Source of the DNA: Yuukianura sp. NJ FZ-2021
Lineage: Eukaryota
Direction: 5' to 3'
DNA: 64,000 nt
NCBI GenBank assembly: GCA_046563655.1
Contig: CM102283.1
Coordinates: 6,200,001-6,264,000 of the forward strand
Position 1 is the first letter of the stretch. Each line of letters starts with the position of its first letter. The notes below the pieces were generated by a model that worked only from the letters and a program-made list of their open reading frames with translations, was not told the origin of the DNA and made no database searches. This document shows, piece by piece, positions 38,304 to 51,953 of this stretch. The position numbers and the translations under genes were made by a program.

Positions 38304-40893
38304 ATGCCACTACCGCAGTTTTGCAGCAGTGATGAGAACGGGAAGTGTGGAACGTCGTGTCCTTTCAAAGTACATAGATTTACGGTGAGTAATAGGCTTT
38401 AGGTCAAAGGTCATCCTGAAATAGGTCAGAGGTCATTATGAAAATTTTTTACCATTTTTCTTATTGTTGTATTTTCAGATTGAATCAGTTGAATATGATG
38501 GGCAAAGTGAAGGAGCGCCATCTACGCCTAGTCGAAGCAAATTTGAAATGTGCACGGAGAAGATGCGTCGTCGCTGGAAGGTCAACTGGAGATGCTGGAG
38601 TGGCCGACCTTGGTCATGGCCTTGGACTACACCTTTAAGAAACATGTTCCTGGTTTCTTCGGATGCCAAATTGTTCCGGAAGTTAATGAAGTCGCAATTC
38701 GGTGGGTGGGAGGAAGAAAGACGCCGTCACCTTGGATCGTTCCCACGGACAATCCATCCGTTCAGTGAATTCCGCTGGGCTTGGGACATCTTCTTGTCCA
38801 TAACGCTCATCGTCACTTTTGTGCTCCAGCCACTTCAGATTGCATTTTACTCCGATTCGATGTCACATCTCGATTCAGCGATCCTCAATGCAATGGCATC
38901 ACTAGTATTCTTACTCGACATTTTACTCAACTTCTGCACTGGATACATCGGATCCGACTCGGATGAGGTCATACTTGACCCCAAGCTCACTGCCATGTAA
39001 GTGTACTTCAAGCACAAGCTCAAAGTAAAGGTCAAAAGGTCAATTGACATTAAATCTTGGTTTTGCTTGCAGACATTACTTGAAAACTTGGTTCTTGGTT
39101 GACTTCATCTCGACGATTCCGTTTGATCTGATTTACATTGCCATCGAAGATGTGGATCCGCATGCGCGTGTCTATTTTAAATTCTTCCGATTGCTCGAAC
39201 TGCTGAAAATTCTGCGTCTAGCTAGAATCGTTCGCTACTTGACTAAAATCCTGGAAGCTAATGGTATTAAGCCCACCTACGTCCGCCTCATCAACCTCCT
39301 AACATTGCTGTTCCTCATTCTTCATTGGCTGGCGTGTTTGCACTACTTGGTGGCAGACTTGACGCATAGAAGCAAGATGGAAACGACGAAGAATCGTAGC
39401 TGGGTGTCATCTATGGAAATGTGGGATCATCCTGTCTATGAAAAGTACCTCCACTGTGTCCTCCGAGCCATCTCGAACATGGTAAAAACAAATTTTGTGA
39501 ATTTACAAATTTGGACACATAAATGTTTGTGTATCGAGTGAAAGTAAAAGGTCATTGACCTTTTGAATTTTCAGGGCTGTCTGGGCTATGGCTTCCAGGC
39601 GCCGCTTTCTCCAGAAGATGTCGTTTGCACCATTTTCTCGATTCTGATTGGAGCAATTTGGTTCGCTCTGTTTATCGCCAATGTTTCAAATATTGTGCTC
39701 AACTTGGACGCATCGCACAAAAAATATGATGAAACTCTAGCTCATGTAAACATCTACCAAAACCTACTTTAAAGCCATTTTAAACTACAGCTTTACGTTA
39801 ACTAAAGTTAAATTTTGTTAAATTAACTTAGTTTGTCATCATATCATAGTTTCTTCATTTGTGACAAAATGTTGTTCTGCATTCATGTTTTAGATTTTGG
39901 ATTACATGAAATTTAAGCATATGCCAAAAGAGCTGCAGGCTCGTGTTGAAACATACTTTGAACATCGATATCGACGTAAGGAACTTCTGCTCATTTCAAA
40001 ACGTGTTTAAACTATAAAATTTTAAATTTTTAAAAAAATTTTAATTCTGTTTTCTTTTTATATCGATTTTTCAAATAGACAACTTATTCAACGAAGAAGA
40101 AATCCTATCTCACTTGTCATCAGTACTTCGACGTGAGCTGCAACTGTTCAACTGCCAGCATCTCGTTCGTCGTGTTCCAATTTTTCAAAAAATTCCAAAC
40201 GAAGTCGTCCAAGAAATCGTGGGGGCCCTTAAACCCGAAGTGTACTTACCACGTGACGTCATTCTTTGGGAAAATACATTAGGAGACTCCATGTACTTCA
40301 TTCAACGCGGAGCAGTCGAAGTCCTCACAACAACTGGACGAGTCGTTAGCCATCTTTTCGACGGAAATTTTTTCGGTGAAGTTGCGCTACTCACAAACGA
40401 ACGACGCCGAGTGGCTACAGTCGTCGCAACGACTCGTTCCGAAATTTATTCTTTACACAAAAAAGAATTTCAACGAATTGTTCACATGTACCCGGAAGTT
40501 TTTGATGAAATTTTGGCAGTTGCAAAAGATCGGGCCAAAAAAATAACTGCAGAGCAACAAAACGGAAAATTGGTTTTCTCCGGAGAGCATACTATTCGGA
40601 AAAGATCGGAACCGCAGTTTCGCCAAAGTCTTCGACAGGCGTTTGCGTCGAATCAGGAAAATCAAATGCCGGATTCTGCGCACGATGGTTATAGCTCAAC
40701 GTCAGAAACAAAATGGCGTCCTCTACAGCGAAGTCTCGATGAAATTCTAAACATGGAGCCAAGCCGAGGTCGTCCGACGGTGACACAACATCGGAAGAGT
40801 GATGACGCTCGAAGTCTGTCCAACTCTTCCGTATTTACCGTTGCTCAAACCAGTTCAAGTTCAAATTCTCAAGAAATTAAGATAGCATTTTAG
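38304..40893 (+). CDS. Divergent HCN-like cyclic-nucleotide-gated cation channel. Exons 38304-38384, 38479-38996, 39073-39481, 39575-39745, 39894-39975, 40079-40893
   Basis: HCN-type N-terminus (EEERRRH...IHPFSEFRWAWD), DILLNFCTG, YLKTWFLVDFISTIP, S4 RLLELLKILRLARIVRY, filter CLGYG, C-linker YMKFKHMPKELQARVETYFEHRY and CNBD FFGEVALLT...RVATV. Confidence 0.9.
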
Positions 40894-41284
40894 AAAATTT
40901 CGTTTTTTTTTGTACTGCAACTTGTGTTCTACTATTTCTTATTAAAAAAAACTTTAGCAAATTCTTTCAAATTACAATTTTTCTAATGAGTTGAAATATG
41001 AATTTGGCGCGTTTTTTTAAGTTAGGTTTCCATTCGGTTATGTTTTTGAACGTGTTCAAACAGCGTATCCCCTTTTCTAAACATGATTAGCACAAGCCCT
41101 GGTGGAAATTTAAAAATAGACGCTAAAATTTTTTTTTGCCTTGACTAATGTTGTACAAAAACTTTAGTTTTAGAATAGTGCAGAGCGAACACCACACTGT
41201 GCAAATCCTAAATTCACGAGTGTCGGTTTTTTATTCAGTGTTTTTGTTTTGACTTTTGGAATTTAAATTTGAATTTGAAGAAAG

Positions 41285-44200
41285 ATGGAGCGATTTGAGC
41301 GGGAAATGACTCCAATACAACTGGGCGACGAACTGCGAGCACTGAATAGAGGTGACGATAGTCCACTCACGTTTTTGAAACTTCCTTCTCTGTCTTTACC
41401 TAGGTCAGGCATGACCTCCAACGCCTCTTCTGCTGCTGACCTCAGAGACATCGATACGACGCCCATTTTTGTTCAAACATTTCCTAAACGACGTATCTCA
41501 AAGGTAAAAAACGTGTATATTTTTAATTCAAACTACAATTTAAAAACAAGCTACAGCTTATCTCAAAATTCTGCACTCTTAGAATGTCAGCGACAATAAC
41601 TTAAGTCACGTGAGGCTGGAATTAAGCTCCACCTCCTGGCACAAATGACGAACTTTTTTTTAGTACGAGTCAATGCAATTGGGTTGTCGCAAAGAAAAAG
41701 TTTACAGTGAAGATTTATGTAACCTTGATCCGATTACAAAAAAAAAGAGATTTTTTTGCCAACTCAAGAGGTTCAGTTTACACATACAGTCTACATTCTC
41801 GATTCTCGACAAAGCAAACTGATCAGTCGCAGCGCGAAACATGAAAAAATGAAATATGAATTCGAAACATTCGCTTTCGTCTACAAAGTGAAAACTATAC
41901 ACAAATTTTTGAAAGGTATGAATCAGTATGTGCAAATTATTGCCCGTGGCGAATATCAGTGCCAAAACATCTCAGATTTTTGTAAGTTACATAAACTGAA
42001 ACATTGCAAAGTGAAAATAAAATTTTTGCCAAAGAGCACGTTGTGTTACATTTCTAATTGGCCTAGCTTTCGTCATAAAACAAACTGCGTTGCCAGACTC
42101 AAAATTTCTGGACGCCATTTTGAGAAATGCTTTGTAAAAAGGTAGATTCATTTTGAAAAGACGGTATGTGAAAGTATTTTTATAACTGGCGGCAGTTTCA
42201 TGTCATTAGTTTCACAACTTTCAGAATGAACAAAAAACTAATATGTTCTGCCAACATCAACAGAATCACAACCTAGTCCATTGTAATTTGTAACCTGGAT
42301 GGATATTTGGCAGTATGTCAAAAGCATGTGTGTCATTTGGAGTCACACGGAACACTATTTTCTGCCAAGGTCATTTCGTTATCATGTGGGTAGTAAAATA
42401 GTAATACCGAATTCAGAACAGGGTCAGGTGACACTGTCTGCAATTACAATGACTTCAGAAAACCGAATTTCCGATTTTGTAAACCGAGATCCCTGAATGT
42501 CGGATTTCCTGAACCGAAAGTTCAACATTTCGTCTTTTTTTCTAAACCGGAACAGGGAGTTGTGGCATTGTGGCAAGCAATGCAATCTGGGTGCAGCCTG
42601 ACGTCAGCAGAAAGCTGTGACAAGTGACCTGGGTTCATGTGATTTTCCGTGTGTGACGCAATGGTCTGACGTATTTCGGCATTGGACATAAGAAGGTGTG
42701 TCCAGAAGCGTAGTTCGTAGTAAAACTCTCGCGATTCACTTTCACCATCGATCTTGCTTTCACTCTGCTTTCACTATCAGCCCACTCTCGGAAGAAGTCG
42801 CACTTTGTTTGCGGAAATTCTCCCGAAAACATAAACAACTACGCATTTAAAATTTCACCAAAATTTGAAACACAATTTTGTCAGTTAACTAACATAATGC
42901 TAGTAACATTGTAAAACCTAACATAAAATTTAACTAACACGTTTGAAATTGTTAATTTTGGATCGTAGCGGCTGATCTATGGCAGGCGAGGTAAAAATTT
43001 ATTAGAATTTGAGTTAGAATTTTGTATTCAACTTTCTAAAAAATTGAAAAAAAAATTGAAAAAGTAGAGCAAGTACGATTGTTGTTCCTTGTTCAGTATT
43101 TTGATTGTCCTTGTGCCGCTTACATTTTGGACATTAGGATGACATTGATGGACGTCATGTAAGTTTTAACTCTAACAATTGAAAGAGGGGTGGGGTTGAC
43201 ATGACCTTTGACCTTCTTAGAATCTTTTACATTTCAAACATGTTTGGAAGACGTAGAAGGCCACACGGCTTCCCGTGTTACTCTAAAGTACTTCTAATTT
43301 CTAATCTACTTCCAAGTAAACATAACAGAATCCTTGAGTAAACAATTAGAAGTGGATGAGCCTATCGCTTTCATAGTAAATGTCAACATTACTAACGTAA
43401 TTGTAAAACACTTCATACTTAAAACATGCAATCTCCAAGAAAATGAAAAAAAATGCAACTGAAAAAACGAAACTACGTCTTAGTATCATTTGTCATGTCT
43501 TGTCTTGTCAGCCCCGCCCTTTGACCTCGTCTGTTAATCTTACTCTCTGCAAAAATGGCACATGTTTCGCATTAATGTTTTTGGTTGCCAAGGACGACGA
43601 AAAAAGACGGATCCATTCGTCTTCTCCGGGAACTTCCTCTGGGGATAAGGTGAGAATCGATCATTACGTGGGTAGTAAAATGGAAAGTGAAGCCGTGATT
43701 GGTCGAATCTGTATGACTGGACAATCTAAGGCTATAAAGTAGCGGTAAATTTTAGAGTGGTGGAGATAAGTGGGTCAGTTGATGTGCGCGTGGACATTTT
43801 CTGGAGGTACATGTTATGTTGACATGCTGTCAGGATGCAGTGGATGCCAGAGGTCAGATTAGAGGGGCTGATGAGAGGTCTAACCATATTAACCTGTCCA
43901 GTGACCAACCCAAGAAAGAACTGCGAAGTATCCGGTCCAACAAGATCTTTGGCAGTGAACTAGAGAGCTACTTCTAGAAATAGCTACAAGTTCTAGTACA
44001 CCGCCCCCGTAAAAGTTACTATAACTTTGGCCAAGAGTGGCGGGATGGTTAGTGATGCGATTGGGCGGGGAGAGGAAGAGACGCTTCAAGTATAAAGTCG
44101 GAGACGCTTGTGGTGCTGTGAAGCTCACTCCATTTCTAGTGGTGGATAAGATAGGACAAGGTTTCTTAAAGAAACTGTGTCTTCAAACCACAATTAAATT

Positions 44201-47200
44201 AACTTTTCAACACAAGTTAACTTTTTAACTTAACTTTTTACTTAAACTTGGCTTTGAAGTGAAAGAAATTCAGCAAGCGTCGTCTTCATCCAAGAAATAG
44301 TTCTTGGCATTACAAATTTCCTGATTTCCCGATCAAAATGGTCGTCAAACATGTTTCGGTACGGAGTCAATTTTTTTCTCGTATTTTTGTTAAAACGCTT
44401 GATTCTTGTTGTAATAATTTATTTGTTTACGAATTTTACATCTTCGATTACTCACAAAATTACTTCAATTCCATATTTTCTTAATTCTGCAATCCAACTT
44501 CATGCGAATTTATCGCAAAGCTGGATTGAAACAAATAACTCTCCATACAAAAATTAGCCAGAATTTTTTTTTTTTGCAAAAACAAAACAGAAAGCTTTTC
44601 ATTTAAGAAGATTTGTTTAAAAATTTTCGATTTAAAAAGTTTTATTTTGTCATTGCTAATCATACATCCATAGCCGTACTTAAAAAATTCAAGTTTACGT
44701 TTTGTAGCTTTTAATAAAATATATACGCAGCATCAGTCCCAAAATGCAATAGTGTGGGTAGGTCGAGTACAAAATTTTTGTTTTATTTTTAAACGACTCG
44801 TAATTTTGAAAATTTACTCTAAAAAATTCCAAACATTGTGCCAAAGTTAGTCCTGGCGTCATTTGGAATAAGAAAATTTGGGGGTGTGTCGCCGGTCTTG
44901 TGACTTTTTACAAGTGCAGAACTTGTTCTCCATTCAAACTTAAAAGACAGCTTCGTTATTTTTTAAATCAGCCAAAGCTTTTTCTAAAAATAAGTCTGAA
45001 GGACTTTATTTTTGGCAACGTTTGTCGTTTCTCAAGCTCCTTCTATTTGAAAATATTCGCATCGCCTGCAGGTTTTGGCTTTAAATAAAACCTAACCTAA
45101 GCTAAATACTTTGCCTATACTACTTAAACGCCCATTGCTATTAAACTAGTTACCAGTTTTAATTATTGATTAAAGTGAAATTAATTAATGTGGCTAAGAG
45201 TCTATCGCAACGGAAATTCAGAAGGAAGCTTCTTACCACAGGATTTTAACTTACTAGTGCGGAATTTCCATTCACTGGAATTATTACTCTTACACATTCT
45301 ACACACCCCCGATCCCAACCAATCACAAACGCTCTTTCGGTTTACGATAAAAATTGCAATGTTTATGTGCCAACTTTTTCCGTCTGCTGACGTTTGTTTC
45401 TTTTAGTCTCCCATTGTTCATCAAAAGGCTACAGTTTTCATTTCAGAAGCTTTCCCGAGGAATAGTTTGCCAACTTATCCAGAATTTTCTAAAACTTTTC
45501 CTAAATTGTTTTGGAACTTTTTTAAATTTTGAAGTCCTTGTATTGGAATGCCTCATTTTACAATTTCGGTAAACTCTTTTTCTAAAAAGCATAAAAGAAA
45601 ACTTCTCTTTTTTGTTTTTGAAATTGGACACAGCTTCTGGAGTGTCAAACTTGAAAGTTCATCAATTCCGTAATGGAAATGTACTGCGACGTGTTATATT
45701 TTTGCTAACTTTTGACCTTTCAACTTTAAGTTTTAAATACAACTGACTTTTGACCTCTTCTTTTGTTTGCAGGGCTTGAATTGGCGGTTGGCTCTTGCAG
45801 TTGCCGCTGCCGCTTTTGGATCTAGTTTTCAACATGGGTACAACACCGGAGTTGTCAATGCGGCAAAGAAGGTAAGTTGTTGGCAAAACGCAAAAATTTG
45901 AAACTTTAAATGTGTCTTGCAACATGCAAAAACGTTTGAATTTTTTTGGGCTGAATTTGCAAAATTCTGAGAAATATGAGTTGATGTAGTGTCAAGTTCA
46001 TGGTCTCGGAGAGATAAGTTTTAAGACTTTTGAGCTTCTCTTGAAATGACGGAGAGGTCAAATGAATGAAAAGAAGTTAAACATAGGGAAATCATGAGTT
46101 AAAACGAAATGTAAAATGTTAAAACGGAATGATTAATGAGCAAAAGGTCATGACATTTTCTTTTTACGTCGCCAGAAGTAAGATGGTCATTAGTCGTCTT
46201 TAGTCTTCTTAAAAATGTCGAGGTCAGGATGTCTGTAGTCTTCATTACCACTTCATTGCTTCATCACTTTTTAGTACACGAGAAAATTTTCTCATGACTT
46301 TAGGCATGAGAAACCGAAACGACTATAATTTCTTTAGTCGTAAAATATTATCCGAAATTTTTTTATGTTTGATAGCCTTGAGTCTGAAAAAATTCCGAAA
46401 CTCTTCTAGTGCTAGTATTTGTTGTCTGCAAGTTTTGCAAATTATGACTTTAAGCTTTCTGCGTTTTACAACATTTTAACACTTTTTAAAAAATCTAAGG
46501 TTATAACTCCATGGATGAACGATACGCATGAAGCGAATACTGGAGAGTACATGACACAAAGTCAGGAGACATTTTGGTGGTCGCTGGTCGTATCAATCTA
46601 TTGCGTCGGAGGAATCATTGGAGGGCTTTTGACCGGTTTCGTGGCGGACAGATTTGGACGGTACGGAAACTTACAGCTAATTTTTAAAAATTCGATATTC
46701 AAAATTTTAATTTTTGCTTTTCCCGCGTTTTTAGGAAATTTGGACTCCTGTTGAACAATGTGCCAGTATTCATTGCCGCCTTTTTGGAAGGTATTGCCAA
46801 ACTGGTCGGTTCCTACTACCTTCTCATTCTGGCCAGATTCATTCTTGGATTCAACTCTGGTCTCAATGCTGGTCTGGCACCAATGTGTAAGTTGAAAACT
46901 ATATTTTAAAAACATTAAGCATAATATATAAATATGTAATATTAACAAATTGATTTTTGATCGTAGCTAATTTCCGAAATGGCATTTCTGAGAAAAAATT
47001 GAAGTAAACATTGTCAAATTCTCAGACAATGCAGTAATTGAAAAAGCGTCAAAATTTAAAAATAGGCATTGTTTATGACAAATTGCGCATATCTTGCATC
47101 CTTCTAGCATTTCTTACTTGCTAGCAATGAAAATTGCATAATTAATTTTTTGTGTTGCAGACTTGGCTGAAATTTCTCCAGTGCACTTGCGCGGAGCCAT

Positions 47201-48562
47201 TGGAACCGTATATCAACTCGTTGTGACCATTTCCATTTTGGTTAGTCAAATTCTTGGACTGGACTTCTTGTTGGGCACGGATGACCTTTGGCCATACCTT
47301 TTGGCAGTCATTGTCCTTCCAGCCATCTTTCAATTATGCACGCTACCCATATGTCCAGAATCACCCAAATTCCTTCTGCTGAATCGCGGCAGGGAAATCG
47401 AGGCACAACAAGGTATTGCACAATGCCGTTTACGCCTTTCCATGCCATTGTTTCTAAACAGATTGTTTCTAAATTGTTTCTAACAGAAAAGTAGCTAAAA
47501 AATTAGTTCTAAAAAACTTATCCTTTAGCACATTAGAAACAAAGTTATTAGAAGCAATTTTCCTGTAGAAGCAATTTATTTTAGAACCAATGGCGTGCTT
47601 CATTTTATATGCAATTTTCTTAAAATTTGCAATCAAAAATTTCTTAAATTTTTATAGCGCTGACACGGCTCCGAGGCACAGTGGAAATCCATGACGAATT
47701 GGACGAAATGCGAGCCGAGTATGAAGCGATGAAGCTGGTTCCAACGGTGACGCTAAAAGAAATGCTTACAAGCGCCACAATGCGCATGCCGTTGATCATT
47801 GCCTGTGCCATTATGTTGGCCCAGCAACTCAGTGGAATCAACGCAGTGTTCTTCTTCTCAGAAGACATTTTTAAAGATGCTGGACTCACTGAGAAGGCAG
47901 CTCAGTTTGCTACGATTGGCGTTGGAATTATGAATGTCCTCATGACGTTTGTGTCGATGGTGCTGGTGGAAAAGGCAGGCAGAAAAACACTTCTGATGAC
48001 CGGATTCGTCGGAATGATCGTCAATGTCATTCTACTCTTCGTCTGTCTCGAGTTCCAGGTACAAAAACAAAAATTAGGCTAGGTTAGCCCAATTTTCTCA
48101 AAAATTTTGAATTTCGAACTTTTTTTTTTGAATTTTAGTCAAGCTTTGGATCATGGATTTCATACGTATCGATTCTGTGGGTGATTTTGTTTGTGGTGAT
48201 GTTTGCCGTTGGACCTGGTTCGATTCCGTGGTTCCTCGTGGCTGAATTGTTCAGCCAAGGAGGCCGCCCATTGGCTACGTCAATCGCTGTAGGAGTCAAC
48301 TGGAGCGCCAACTTCGTCGTAGGTCAAACCTTCCTACCTATCAAGGTCAGTTTATAATTTTTCATTTCCATTTTTCGGTTGGTTAAAATTTTGGATTTTT
48401 GAATTTTCAAATTAGGATGCCATTGGTCCATACGTTTTCATCATCTTCGCTGTTATCCTCGCTGGCTTTGCTCTTTTCACGCACTTCAAAGTGCCTGAAA
48501 CCAAGAACAAGACGATTGAAGAAATCAACGCCATTTTCAGACAACGAGGATACAATCAGTAG
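41285..48562 (+). CDS. Facilitated glucose transporter (SLC2/GLUT family). Candidate first exons 41285-41503, 42979-42990 or 44338-44358; common exons 45773-45871, 46500-46660, 46735-46886, 47161-47412, 47658-48058, 48139-48345, 48416-48562
   Basis: Sugar-porter motifs [62 protein letters not shown] and [12 protein letters not shown]. Junctions are in frame. Confidence 0.92.
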
Positions 48563-49079
48563 AAGACGCGCCAAAGGCGCGAAAGACTTCCATTCGCGCC
48601 AAAATTCAAAACCAACGAGCAGCGACTAATTCTTGTTAGAACTCACTATACGCATGTGTTTAAAGCCTTTATCGTTTGTTTTTGTAATTCCCTCCTTTAT
48701 TTTTGATCTAATTTTAAAAAAGTAAAAAAAAAATGAAAATGTTGTGGTTAAAAAAATGTATAAGGGAGAAATGGAATTCCCTATTTTAGTAGAAAGAGAG
48801 AAAAAACTGATCAAATAAATGAAGCAGTTGTAATTGGTGTAATTGACCTTGGCAACTGGTTGAAATTGGGCTGAAACTCCATCTATGTACCCACCAAACC
48901 TTTTTTCCACTCACACTACGCTTAAATACCAAAAGTAATTGAAGGAAATCGTTGACTTTGAGTATCATTAGCGGCAGTGTTTGAACAAACATCCCTTTTA
49001 AGTTTTTGATTGGAAGTAATTATAGCTGGAACTTGGATGATGGATCTTGTCCATAATTGTAGAACATCGAACTTTGTCC

Positions 49080-51733
49080 ATGACTAATGAACGTAGCACT
49101 CTTCTGGAAAAACATAAATCTCACTATGAGCGACACTTTCCAAGTTGCGTTTCAAGTTGTTTCCTTATTCAGTCAAGTGTTGAACGCTTCAGACGAAACA
49201 TGAGCAGTCCACCGAAGGAGGAGGTGGCGAAACCCCCAGGTTCGAAATTTCGAAATTTTGGGTTATGGAATTGTGCGAATTTCCAAATTTGTGGAATTAA
49301 ACTTGAACAACTGTGCAAAAGTACTTTGGAGGATATAGCATTCTTGTTTAAAGTTACTTTTTACGGCACACTTTTAATTTTTTACAGTTTTTAAATTTGG
49401 TGGAACTTGGATAGCAAATTATGAATTAAACGAGTTTGATTAGGTTCAAAATGTTAGCTGAGTTCTTTTCCGAACTTTTGTTTAAAACTTGTAAACTTGA
49501 AAAAAAAACTTGAACTGCAAACTTGAACTGTAAAAAAAACTTGAACTGCAAAAACTGTTCTAGTTTTTGCAATTCATGAAAACTTTGAACACGAGTCTTT
49601 AAAAGCTCAGAAGACAAAAGTTATTTTGAGAATTTGGAAAAAGAAAACAACCATTTTTTTTACTTGGTTCAGGATGGGGTGCACGTCACGTTTTGGCCGT
49701 AATGGGTTTCTGGTCGTTTGCCGTCAACTATGCCATGCGTTTCAACCTGAGCTTGGCGATTGTCGCCATGGTGCAACACTCTGGGCCCAAGAATGAATCT
49801 ATTCTGGAGACATGCGCAGACCTCCACTTGCCCGAAGATGCTTTGGAGACACTAGCCGTCGAAAGCGGGGAATTCGAATGGAATGAGGCTCAGCAGGGGC
49901 TGATCCTGGGCAGTTTCTTCTGGGGGTACACAGTAACGCAGTTACCCGGAGGCATGCTCAGTCAGAGATTTGGCGGGAAGTGGGTCGTCGGAATTGGATT
50001 GCTCATAACAGCCTTTGCGACGTTCCTCATTCCTATGGCTGCCCATGCAGGCATTGAGCACCTCGTTGTCATTCGAATTGTCCAAGGTCTAGCAGAGGTA
50101 AAATTCAAAACTCATAGACCAAAAATTCAAAAGTTTATGAACAAAAAGCATTTTTTCGAACAATTTTTGAAAGTATGAAAATGCGTGACCTTGAAATTTT
50201 AGGGCGTGGCGGTACCTTCCATGCAAGTCCTTCTTTCAAAGTGGCTTCCCCCTGATGAACGAAGTCGGCTTGCTACTGTCGCATATTCTGGTATTCCCGT
50301 GCTCCATTTTTTTTTAAATATGTTATATTATAGATTAATATAAATTAATTAATTCTTCATCAGGAGTGTCCGTGGGGTCAGCCGTGACGATGGTGAGTAG
50401 TGGGTACTTGATAGAGTACTTCGGATGGCCTGCAGTATTCTACGGAATCGGCGCATTTTCCATTGTTTGGTTCATTTGCTGGTCGTTTCTCGTCTACGAC
50501 AGTCCAGCCACCCACCCCAGAATCTCAGAAGCAGAGGCCAAGTACATCCATGAGGCCCTTGGAGGTCACTCACAAAGTGTTAGTGCCTAATGTACATTAA
50601 AACCCAAGGTCAAAGGTCAAGGTTGACCATTTATTTGTTTCTAAAGGTCAAAATGCCAACGCCATGGAAGAAAATCCTGACTTCCGCTCCCGTACTGGCG
50701 ATCTTTGCTGCCCAAATTTCAAATGCTTGGGGACTCTACACACTACTCACGGAGTTACCGACATACATGAGGACAGTACTCAACTTTGACTTGAAGCAGG
50801 TTAGGCTAAAGAAATTTTCAAAATTTTGTTACTGAAAGTGATTTTTGAAGTTTGAATACACTATTTTTTGTTTTTAGAATAGTTGGCTCTCAGCATCTCC
50901 CCACTTGTGTATGTGGCTCTGTGGAACTGTTGTGACCTACTTGGCTGATGTCATGATTGAACGAAAGTATGCGTCAGTCATTTGCATGCGAAAAGTTTGT
51001 AACAGTATCGGTAATAATCGTAAAACCAAAAACTTGCAGTAAATTTATAACTTGACCTTTGACCTTTGACCTTTTCTTGACCTTGAACCTCTTATAGCCC
51101 AGTGGGGAACAGGAATCGCTATGCTGGCGACGGCTTTTGCCGGTTGTGACCGTGTTATGGCAGTTGTTTCACTCAATTTGTCACTCGGGATGCTGGGTAC
51201 GGCTTTTGGAGGATTTCTAGTCAACTCCATCGATATTGCACCAAATCACGCTGGAGTCATCATGGTACTTGCACAAGCGTAAACGATTTGCCCAGTTTCA
51301 GAATTTAAAATTACCGTAAATTCACAATTTTTTTTTGTTCTTAGGGCCTTGGGAACTCATTTTGCAATTTGTGTGGATTCGCTGCACCTTATGTCGCTGG
51401 ACAGCTAATTAGCGGAAACGTAAGACAAACAATACTTGTACGGTTGCGGAAATACTCTAAGCGGGAGAGCAAAATTTTGAAAATGTTAATCAAAAATTAA
51501 AAACAAATTGTTTTTAGCCGTCTTTGGAAAATTGGCGAATCGTATTTTTCCTAGCAGCTGGATTTATGTTGGTTGGCAATACGATATTTGTAATCTACGC
51601 ATCAGGTAATGAAATGCCTTGGAATCGACCGGAACCAATCGAAGAAGAGGAAGCAGAACGGCAATTCCCGCCGCAACAAAAATTGCGACGTTATTCTGCT
51701 ATTTCAGAATCAATTCAACTCAATGTCGGCTAG
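49080..51733 (+). CDS. SLC17/sialin-like MFS anion (inorganic phosphate cotransporter-type) transporter. Exons 49080 (or 49200)-49239, 49673-50097, 50203-50290, 50364-50578, 50647-50799, 50878-51010, 51098-51264, 51345-51419, 51518-51733
   Basis: Motifs MRFNLSLAIVAM, GEFEW...QGLILGSFFWGY..TQLPGG, RIVQGLAEG, WLPPDERSR, GWPAVFY, DSPATHPRIS, TPWKKILTS, DIAPNHAG and WRIVF. Confidence 0.92.
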
Positions 51734-51953
51734 AGAAAATCAACAAAGTAACAAAGTTGCGACATTTAAATATATATTTGAGAATTCATATCTTATAACT
51801 TTTGACCTTGAAGTGAAAATAACGCCTTTGTAAATAAAATTACGAAAAGTGAGGAGGGAGTTAATTAATAATTTAGTTAATTACTACAATGCATAAGTTA
51901 ATTAACTTTTAAATCAACTCCGAATAAATATGCTATCTACCTAACTAAATTTA

